Below, piece after piece: positions 1 through 7,717 of a stretch of DNA of 24,405 bases; position 1 is the first letter of the stretch; every line of letters begins with the position of its first letter. Under the pieces are notes generated by a model. It had not been told where the DNA came from. It made no database searches and saw only the letters and a list, made by a program, of their open reading frames with translations. This DNA is from Snowella sp. Its GTDB lineage: Bacteria; Cyanobacteriota; Cyanobacteriia; Cyanobacteriales; Microcystaceae. Where the stretch lies: assembly GCA_035285545.1 (NCBI GenBank), contig JAYKGY010000083.1, positions 1-24,405 on the forward strand, in the 5' to 3' direction. A program made the position numbers and the translations under genes.

Positions 1-1
1 A

Positions 2-802
2 AAAAACTGGAAATCTTCTCAACAGGAGCAAGAAAAAGCATGGAAAAATGTGTTAGATAATCAGATAAAAATTTCTGAAAGACTAGAAAATATAATTAGA
101 GAAGCTGAACTAGATTATAAGAAGAAAGTTGAAGAAGCACTAGAAGAAATTGGGAGCGATATTCAGTTTTTAATGAAATTGAATAGTCAAGAGTTTAATT
201 TTACAGGAGTAGATGGGGGAGTTGATTTCCGAGCTTTGTTTAATATTGGTGGAATTCTTCTAACTTTAGGAGGAGTTATTGCTTTTTTTACCTTTACGCC
301 TTTAGCTATTCTTTCTGTTGTTGGGCCAGTTGTAAGTTTATTTAAACATTTTTTCCAAAGTAAAGAAAAACGTCAACAAGAAATTTGTGAAAAAATAGAG
401 AAAGATCTTAAAAAAGGAATCGAAAATAAAAAAAAAGAAATATTACTTTTAGTTCAAAATGAATTTTATAAATTTTCTAATACAGTAGAAAGAAATTTGG
501 ACATTTATTTTAATAGCTTAATCAAAGAAATTAATTTAATTGAATCCGATTTATCAGATTCAGAAAAAATATTGAATAAGCTCCGAAATAATTTAAATGG
601 ATTATTTGCCTTGCGTATTTTTAGTTGGTGTGCTGGCTTTTATATAGAAATTGATAAAAAGCAATTATATAATTATATATTACGTATTACTCGAAAACCA
701 GGTGATTTTTTCAATATTTATTTGAAAGATAAAAAACTCATTCCATTAAATAGACAATATGAATGTAGTCAAGTACTTAGCGAGAAAGTTTCTTTCTACT
801 AA
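2..802 (+). CDS. C-terminal part of a probable dynamin-like protein (LeoB/LeoBC-like partner); 5' end lies outside the window
   Basis: The frame is open from position 2 (KNWKSSQQEQEKAWKNVLDN...), so the GTG at 50 is probably not the start. Helical/coiled-coil sequence flanks a hydrophobic hairpin (GGILLTLGGVIAFFTFTPLAILSVVGPVVSLF). It lies 58 bp upstream of a dynamin-like GTPase. No GTPase motifs are visible in this fragment. Confidence 0.6.
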   Translation, partial: KNWKSSQQEQEKAWKNVLDNQIKISERLENIIREAELDYKKKVEEALEEIGSDIQFLMKLNSQEFNFTGVDGGVDFRALFNIGGILLTLGGVIAFFTFTPLAILSVVGPVVSLFKHFFQSKEKRQQEICEKIEKDLKKGIENKKKEILLLVQNEFYKFSNTVERNLDIYFNSLIKEINLIESDLSDSEKILNKLRNNLNGLFALRIFSWCAGFYIEIDKKQLYNYILRITRKPGDFFNIYLKDKKLIPLNRQYECSQVLSEKVSFY

Positions 803-860
803 AGTTTATTTTATTTAGTTCAATATTCAACATTAAATTTTAAATAAAACAATTAATTTT

Positions 861-2591
861 ATGAAAAGCACAGAAATTAAATTTACATATATTTATTCTC
901 AATTTGACTCTATTATTGAAAAATTCAAAATACTTATTAAAGAATGTAATCAAAGTAAGTTTAAAGCTTATCTTGATAAATTGCTTAAAGAATCTCAATC
1001 CATCCGAGAGAATCCTGTACTTAAAATTGCCTTTATTGGTCAGTATAGTGCAGGAAAATCAACAATTATCTCAGCTTTAACGGGTGATAAATCCATTAAA
1101 ATAGGCTCAGATATCACAACGGATCAAGCTACTGACTATCATTGGCAGGGCATCAAAATAGTAGATACTCCTGGTATTGGGACAGAGCGACAAGATCATG
1201 ATGTTGTGACGTATGAGGCAATTAAACAAGCTGACTTACTCATCTTTTGTACGACTCATATGTTACTTGACAATCATATTATTGAGCATTTTAAATGTTT
1301 AGCATATGAAAAAAAGTATGCTCATAAAATGATGCTAATTTTCAACAAATTGTCAGCCGAGGCAGGTGATGATGATCAAAAAATTGAAAATTATTGCTCA
1401 AGTATAGCTCAATCATTGTATCCTCATAGTTTAGATGATTTTCCAGTATGTTTTTTTGATGCGAAGGATTATCTTGAAGGTATTAATGATAATGACGAAA
1501 TGTTAGTTGAATTAAGTCGTTTTCCTGATTTTATTAGGATGCTTAATCAATTTATAAAAGATAAAGATAAACTTGCTCAATTAGATACTCCCATTCGTCG
1601 TGTATTAGATTATATTGTAGAAGTTAAGCAAGAGTTTATAAGCAATCCTGAGCAAGACAAAATATTTTTTGATACCTTAAATCGCTTATCACGTCGAGTT
1701 CGTGAAAATCATCAAAGATTACAAATACAAGTACAAAATATTTTTTTAGATTCTAATAGTAAAATTCATAGTTTAGGAAGTGATTTAGCGAATGATCTAA
1801 CTAAATTTAAGAATGAGTCTGAATTTAAAAACCGTCAAGAAAGAATTGAAGTTGAACTTCAAGAAATTTGGAATGATTTAGAAAAAAAAGTACAAGACCT
1901 TGCAATAAATTCTATAGATTCTTTAGAAAAAGACATTAGAGAAGTATTAGACAGCCAAGTAATTGTTGACTTTGTAGCAAAACTTGATTCTGATACAGAA
2001 TTAGAAACTAGATCATTCTCTAAAGGTTTTAACTTTAGTAACTTATCTAAACAGGTTCAAGCCTTTAGAGGGATTGCCACAGAAATTGGAATGCAGCTAG
2101 GAAAACAATCTGTTCGCCAGTCTTTAATAATTGGTGAATCTCAATCATTGATTAATACGATGGGTAGTCCATTACATCAAAATATATTACAGGCTGGTAA
2201 GTTTGTTGGATTTAAATTTAAGCCTTGGCAAGCTGTAAAATTAGCTAATAATGTTGGTAAATATGCAAAATTTGTAGGGCCAATTCTTGCTATAGTTACA
2301 CTCACTCTTGATGTAGCTGAAGAAATGCAACAAGAACAACAAGCAAGAGAGCTAAAAGATGCTCAATCTAGCATCGAAAAAGAATTTGATAATATTGCAA
2401 AAGCTATGAAAATTCAACTCAATAGTCAAATCAAAGAATTAGAAGATAAAACTTTTAATAATATAGAAATGAAAATTCAATTTCAACGAGAGAAATATCA
2501 AAATCAAATAGAACAAGATAAATTGAAAGTAAAGGAATTTGAGCAATTACAAAAGAAACTCACAATTTTAATAGAAAATCTTATCTCTTAA
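861..2591 (+). CDS. Bacterial dynamin-like GTPase, LeoA/HP0731-like
   Basis: G1 GQYSAGKS, G2 Thr (DITTD), G3 DTPG, G4-like NKLS. Long helical stalk, then GFKFKPWQAVKLA and a hydrophobic segment (FVGPILAIVTLTL), then a C-terminal coiled coil. Confidence 0.85.
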   Translation: MKSTEIKFTYIYSQFDSIIEKFKILIKECNQSKFKAYLDKLLKESQSIRENPVLKIAFIGQYSAGKSTIISALTGDKSIKIGSDITTDQATDYHWQGIKIVDTPGIGTERQDHDVVTYEAIKQADLLIFCTTHMLLDNHIIEHFKCLAYEKKYAHKMMLIFNKLSAEAGDDDQKIENYCSSIAQSLYPHSLDDFPVCFFDAKDYLEGINDNDEMLVELSRFPDFIRMLNQFIKDKDKLAQLDTPIRRVLDYIVEVKQEFISNPEQDKIFFDTLNRLSRRVRENHQRLQIQVQNIFLDSNSKIHSLGSDLANDLTKFKNESEFKNRQERIEVELQEIWNDLEKKVQDLAINSIDSLEKDIREVLDSQVIVDFVAKLDSDTELETRSFSKGFNFSNLSKQVQAFRGIATEIGMQLGKQSVRQSLIIGESQSLINTMGSPLHQNILQAGKFVGFKFKPWQAVKLANNVGKYAKFVGPILAIVTLTLDVAEEMQQEQQARELKDAQSSIEKEFDNIAKAMKIQLNSQIKELEDKTFNNIEMKIQFQREKYQNQIEQDKLKVKEFEQLQKKLTILIENLIS

Positions 2592-2790
2592 CAAGATATT
2601 TACTTTAATATGGGTTAAATAAACGAAAAGATTTAGATTCTCTCCAAATATTTCCGATGGTGGTTAAATAGGGAATATAGAGCAGACTAAACAAACAAAA
2701 ACTAAAGGCTTGAGCAAAGGTTACAGTCCGTTTAATTTCCTGCGCGATCGCTGACCAAAAAAACAACGAAAATCCGTGTCAGTTTTTCAT

Positions 2791-4638
2791 TTAAGGCGAA
2801 GTAGAACGATGAAGCAATAAAAAGTTTTTGGCATCCTCACTCTTCATGGGCTGACTAAAACGATAGCCCTGCATCAGAAAACATTGTAAATTTTGGAGGG
2901 TCGCTAATTGGGTTTGGTTTTCAACCCCTTCGGCAACTACCTGAAGATGAAAGATTTTACCCAGATCAATTAAGGCAGAGATAATTTCTGTCTCTTGGGA
3001 ATTTTCCGCTAATTTAGCAATTAAGGATTGATCAATTTTAATTTTATTAACGGGCAACTCTCTAAGGTAGCGAACAGACGCATAATGCTTACCAAAATCA
3101 TCGAGGGAAAAACGAACCCCAAGTTGACGTAACGACTGAATAATTGTTTGCGCTTTTTCAAAGTTATCTAACACTAAGGATTCCGTAATTTCTAACTCTA
3201 GCCAACGAGCCTCTAATCCCGTTTCTTTTAAAATTTCTGTGACTAAATTAGAGAAATTATCCTGATAAAATTGCTTAGCCGATAGGTTCACCGATATCAC
3301 CAAAGCAGGAATTCCCGCTTGCTGCCATTGCCGATTTTGCTCACAGGCGGTTTGGAGTATCCATTGGCTTAAGGGATTGATTAATTCCGTTTGATCAGCC
3401 CAAGGTAAAAATTGGCTGGGTTTGACGAGTCCTTGCTGGGGGTGTTGCCAACGCACAAAGGCTTCCATGGCTTCGATTTCCCCTGTTTTCAAGTTCACTT
3501 GAGGTTGGTAAAAAAGGGCTAATTCCCCTTTTTCTAGGGCACGATAAAGCCGTCTTTCAACCCGTTCTTTGCGATTCGGGGTTTGTAGATCCGGTGTTGT
3601 CCCTGTGGTAAAAGTGGCTACGGATTGCTCTTTGAGTTTAACTTGGGTCAGACGTTTCTCGACTAAATTGAGAATCTCTACTGAGTCCGTTGCTTCTTTG
3701 GGATAGGATGCGATCGCGTGGTGGGGATAGAATTTAACGGTTTGCTGGTTAATCGTAATAGGTTGATCAATGGCTAAAATAATGCGTTGAACAATATTGG
3801 GCAAATTTTGCGTATCATTCATTTGGGGCAATAAGATCGCAAATTGAGTCTCATTCCAACGGGCAACAATATCCCCATTCCGTAAGCGTTTCCGAATACT
3901 ATTACCCGCCTCTTTGAGAATGCGATCGCCGGCTTCTTGACCAATCGATTGATAAATTTGGGGTAAATTATCGAGATCAATCAGGAGAATAGCCGCACAA
4001 TTGTGATACCGTTTTGCATTAGAAATCGCAATATATAAATACTCTTTAAAGAGGGTTTGATTGGGTAATCCGGTTATGGTATCTAAATAGGACTGATCCT
4101 CTAACGTATCATCTTCATCTCGTTCATTAACAGTATCTTCATTAGATAAAATTAAAGTACTTTTAATGAGATTATTTCCCTGACTATTATCCAGAGTTTG
4201 GGATTCGCTATTCGGATCACCGGCTAAATTTAAAGCCGCATTCATCAACCCATTATCCCGTCTTCCTAAATGATGGTAGCTAGCGTTGACATCACAACCG
4301 AAATTGATCAAATCCCCATCAGCAAGCTCATGAATTAAACACTTTTGTCCATTTATAAAAATTCCATTTTGGCTTTTATTTCCTTCCAAATCCCCATCTA
4401 GAATCAAATAGGAATATTGATTGGTTTTATTATTAAATTTACGAACTAAGGTTGCATGATGTCGTGAGGCTTGACGAGAATACATCGGAATACTATTGCT
4501 AGAATGACGACCCAAGCTATAGTTGGCTTCATCTAGAATAATCGTTCTTCGCTGAGCCTGATCTTCTATTACCAAGATATGTTGAATGAAAGGAGTATTA
4601 TTAATTATTTCATTATATTCATCAATCATGTTAACCAT
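2791..4638 (-). CDS. FHA-GGDEF(degenerate)-EAL protein, 615 aa
   Basis: FHA motifs LGR, ASRHH, SQNG. The GGDEF site reads NETQF, with RxxD (RNGD) retained. EAL motifs EAFVRW, VNLS, ELEITE, DDFGKHY, KID, AEGVE, QGY. AAGGAG RBS upstream of the ATG at 4638. Confidence 0.92.
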   Translation of the reverse strand: MVNMIDEYNEIINNTPFIQHILVIEDQAQRRTIILDEANYSLGRHSSNSIPMYSRQASRHHATLVRKFNNKTNQYSYLILDGDLEGNKSQNGIFINGQKCLIHELADGDLINFGCDVNASYHHLGRRDNGLMNAALNLAGDPNSESQTLDNSQGNNLIKSTLILSNEDTVNERDEDDTLEDQSYLDTITGLPNQTLFKEYLYIAISNAKRYHNCAAILLIDLDNLPQIYQSIGQEAGDRILKEAGNSIRKRLRNGDIVARWNETQFAILLPQMNDTQNLPNIVQRIILAIDQPITINQQTVKFYPHHAIASYPKEATDSVEILNLVEKRLTQVKLKEQSVATFTTGTTPDLQTPNRKERVERRLYRALEKGELALFYQPQVNLKTGEIEAMEAFVRWQHPQQGLVKPSQFLPWADQTELINPLSQWILQTACEQNRQWQQAGIPALVISVNLSAKQFYQDNFSNLVTEILKETGLEARWLELEITESLVLDNFEKAQTIIQSLRQLGVRFSLDDFGKHYASVRYLRELPVNKIKIDQSLIAKLAENSQETEIISALIDLGKIFHLQVVAEGVENQTQLATLQNLQCFLMQGYRFSQPMKSEDAKNFLLLHRSTSP

Positions 4639-4786
4639 TAGTCTCCTTTAAAAATTAACAAAAAAACTTTTATTATTTAAATAAATTAAAAAAATACAGA
4701 ATAAAGAACAAAGCTCATTAATCTTTTTTCTTAAAACAATAGGGTTAATCGCGTTTAATCTTTTTGATTAGATTATTGATTCTCTT

Positions 4787-4819
4787 AAAAAAAGAGCAGT
4801 TAAAAATAAAATACTGCTT
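4787..4819 (-). terminator. Possible intrinsic terminator/attenuator hairpin
   Basis: The minus strand reads AGCAGT-(AT-rich loop)-ACTGCT followed by C and a T7 tract. It lies ~150 nt upstream of the 615-aa gene. The stem is weak. Confidence 0.3.
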
Positions 4820-5215
4820 TGCTGACGACTTGTGATCTCGGCTTCAATCAAGAATAGGGGGTTACTAAATTCTTCTACCAACAGCTTTCTTTTTTATAGT
4901 AGATGGCTAGGGTGAATCCTATCTCGACTTTGCTCCCCTTAATTGGGTATCAGTTGTTAAAAATTTTTCGATCATTCTCTCGGTCTTAAACGGAAATTAA
5001 ACGTCAAAAAATTTAAGAAATGCAATTTTCTCGGTTGATAGGGATAAGACATTAGGTGAATCAAAAACACGGGGCTATACTTTTTTGATTATACTTCCTA
5101 TCAAGTATTCTCCAAAATATTAGTAAAATTGCCAAGAAAGAAAAAATGAATTGGTACAGCCAGACCATTAATCTTGACTGAAAGCTGGAGACGGATTGAT
5201 TTTCTCGATGCTCGG

Positions 5216-7327
5216 TTAATTCGATTGTATTGTACTCTGCCTTAAAAACTGAGTTGCATCTTCTGTTTTTAACGGTTGGCAAAACCAAAAGCCCTGTAAG
5301 TCGTCACAGTCGAGTTCTTGCAAACGGTTGACTACTGCTTCGTTTTCTACCCCTTCGGCAATGACTCTGGTGTGATAACTATGACCAAGTTGAATCATGG
5401 CATTGATTAATGCTAGGTCTTGGGGTCTCTGGTGCAAGTTGAGAATAAAGGAGGAATCAATTTTGAGACTATCCACTTTAAATTGTTGTAGGCATTGAAA
5501 GGAGCCTTGCCCCGTACCAAAATCATCTAGGGCAATACGGACACCTAAAGATTGTAATTGTTGTAAGACAGAGAGGGACAGGTCTTGATTAGCCATAATG
5601 GTCGTCTCTGTGAGTTCAATTTCTAACCATTGGGGATCTAGCTCTGTTTTTTGCAGAATGCCCGTGAGAGTTTCGACTAAGTTTGGTTCTTGGAATTGGC
5701 GCAAGGATAGGTTGATGGTGATGGGTAAGGGCGGAATGCCGGAGTCCTGCCATCGTTTATTTTGCTGACAGGCAGATTCTAAGATCCAATGGCCAATGGG
5801 AATAATTAAATCCGTTTTTTCGGCAAGAGGAACTAATTTAACGGGGGAAATTTCTCCCAAATCAGGGTGCTTCCACCGTAATAGGGCTTCTATTCGGGTA
5901 ATGGCATGACTTTTTAAGTTAACTTGCGGTTGATAGGTTAAATAAAACTGTCTTTGCTCTAGGGCTTCATACAGTAAGTTTTCCAGTTTGAGTAGGATGG
6001 TTGATTTGGAAGCGGCTTTGGCATCGTAAAAAGCGTAGGCATGGCGACCGTCTTCGTAGCCTTGATCGAGGGCGGTATGGGCGTTTTTTAACAGGGTTGC
6101 GGCATCTTCTCCCTGTTGGGGATAGAGGGCAATGCCAATGCGTCCTTTGAGGTGAAGTCGTTGACCCGAAACTTCTAAGAGACCTTCTAAGGCGTTGAGA
6201 ATTTTTTGGGCTAGGTGAATAATCTCTGCTTGATCCCCTGGATTTTTGTGTAACAGGACAAATTGATCGGTTTTCCAATTTGCGATGCTAGCAGAGGCTC
6301 CTAAGCATTCGGTTAAACGTTGGGCGACACTTTTTAAGACTTGATCGCCGCAGTCGTAGCCAAAACTGTTAATAACCGTACTGAGGTTATCAAATTCTAG
6401 AAACATCACTGCCATGATTTCGTTGTCTCGTTGGGCTTTGGCGATCGCGATCGCTAACTGTTCTTCAAACCAAACTCGATTGGGTAACTCGGTTAAAGCA
6501 TTATGGAAATTCTGATAGGTCAAACTGGCTTCGGTTTGCTTCGCTTGCGTCACATCGGACAAATAACTTCTAATGACTTTGTGCTCAGTTAGATAATGAA
6601 CGTACTGTTCATAAATTTCATTTTTAACTTGGACTTCCCGTAATAATAAATTTCCCCGTATATTTTGCGCTTGATTTAGTAATCCTGCCAAAATCGGATG
6701 ATTTAAGCCTTCTTTTTGAATGAGTTTAAATTTAATACTGGCGGCGGGATTGAGATAGAGGATGTGTCCATTAAAATCAATTTCAATAATGGGATTGGGA
6801 CTCAGTTCAGCAAAGGACATAAACCGCATTAAATCGGTTGACTGGGGTTGACTCAGAGAAGGCGTATCATCATCATTGCCGATCATCGTTGCCTTATTGT
6901 CTCCGGGCGGAACGCTGGCACGAGCCGTTTCTTCATATTGGGAAAAATCTAGAGGATTGAAAAGGGCGATTTCTAGGGAAGTAGAAACAATGTAATAACT
7001 GGCCTTAGATTGACTCCCAAAAAAAACGACATCCCCATGTTTGAGTTCATGGGATTCCATATTTTTTCCATTAATCATTAAACCGTTTCGGCTACGATTT
7101 CCCTCTAAATCTCCATCTAGAATTCGATAGCAATAGTTATCAACTTTGGGGCTGGGTTTAATGCGAATTAAGGTTGCATGGTAACGAGAAACCACCTGAT
7201 CATAAATAATAATGTCGTTACTGGATTCGCGTCCAATAGAATAGGTCGGATCTTCTAAGCTAATAATGCGTCGCGCTTTTTGATCTTCAATGACTAAAAT
7301 GTGGCGAAATTCGTTTTCATTATTCAT
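5216..7327 (-). CDS. FHA-PAS-GGDEF(degenerate)-EAL protein, probable c-di-GMP phosphodiesterase
   Basis: FHA motifs IGR, VSRYH, SRNG. PAS-like segment SPNPIIEIDFNGHILYLNPAA. The GGDEF site reads KTDQF with no RxxD. EAL motifs EALLRW, DDFGTG, KID, AEGVE, QG. Start placed at ATG 7327 (MNNENEFRHILVIEDQK) by alignment with the paralog MNNAPEVRHVLVIEDQK; 7333 and 7363 are alternatives. Confidence 0.92.
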   Translation of the reverse strand: MNNENEFRHILVIEDQKARRIISLEDPTYSIGRESSNDIIIYDQVVSRYHATLIRIKPSPKVDNYCYRILDGDLEGNRSRNGLMINGKNMESHELKHGDVVFFGSQSKASYYIVSTSLEIALFNPLDFSQYEETARASVPPGDNKATMIGNDDDTPSLSQPQSTDLMRFMSFAELSPNPIIEIDFNGHILYLNPAASIKFKLIQKEGLNHPILAGLLNQAQNIRGNLLLREVQVKNEIYEQYVHYLTEHKVIRSYLSDVTQAKQTEASLTYQNFHNALTELPNRVWFEEQLAIAIAKAQRDNEIMAVMFLEFDNLSTVINSFGYDCGDQVLKSVAQRLTECLGASASIANWKTDQFVLLHKNPGDQAEIIHLAQKILNALEGLLEVSGQRLHLKGRIGIALYPQQGEDAATLLKNAHTALDQGYEDGRHAYAFYDAKAASKSTILLKLENLLYEALEQRQFYLTYQPQVNLKSHAITRIEALLRWKHPDLGEISPVKLVPLAEKTDLIIPIGHWILESACQQNKRWQDSGIPPLPITINLSLRQFQEPNLVETLTGILQKTELDPQWLEIELTETTIMANQDLSLSVLQQLQSLGVRIALDDFGTGQGSFQCLQQFKVDSLKIDSSFILNLHQRPQDLALINAMIQLGHSYHTRVIAEGVENEAVVNRLQELDCDDLQGFWFCQPLKTEDATQFLRQSTIQSN

Positions 7328-7717
7328 AACCATACCTACAATATCGAAGCCTATCCATAGCACTTAATCTTAGTTTGACATAGCTAAAACCTAACCGCTA
7401 CCCGAAAATTTTAGATTTGTCAGTAAATTTTTACCCAGTCAATTTTTTTACTGCAATATTTGACCTTAATACCGATAAAAACCATTAAAACCATTAAAAA
7501 TCAATCGGAATATTGAAAGTCTATAAAAGCCATCTCTTGAGCCAGTCGGTTGAATGAATGGTTAAAGAGTGAAGTCTCTAACCTGTTAATAGGTAGGCTT
7601 CTTATCCCCCATCTTAGAGGGAATTCTAACTAATTACTGGCTGAAAGTTTCGCCTATTTAAATTGTATAGTGATTTTGCTCAAAGTTTTATTGATGAACA
7701 GTTTCCCAATTAACCGT

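Larger units (their letters stand above)
1..2740. other. AT-rich, HIP1-free putative horizontally acquired island (right end)
   Basis: Visibly more AT-rich than the rest of the window. No GCGATCGC before 2744, versus 20 copies in the remaining ~21.7 kb. Confidence 0.6.

Noticed and set aside
4840..4960. c-di-AMP (ydaO) riboswitch-like words GGGGG and AGGGTGAATCCT on the + strand
   Set aside because: The strand is opposite to the flanking genes, and the 3' conserved block (CCCGAA.CCGTCAGCTAACC) is absent.
5061..5288. 75-aa ORF overlapping the end of the middle EAL gene
   Set aside because: It overlaps a real CDS out of frame, has no recognisable motif or RBS, and runs into AT-rich spacer.
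5967..6278. 103-aa basic ORF, plus the other short nested or antisense ORFs in the track (for example 10018, 10974, 11442, 12076, 15010, 16131-17408, 19777, 22232, 22389)
   Set aside because: They are shadow frames of well-supported genes with no independent coding signal.
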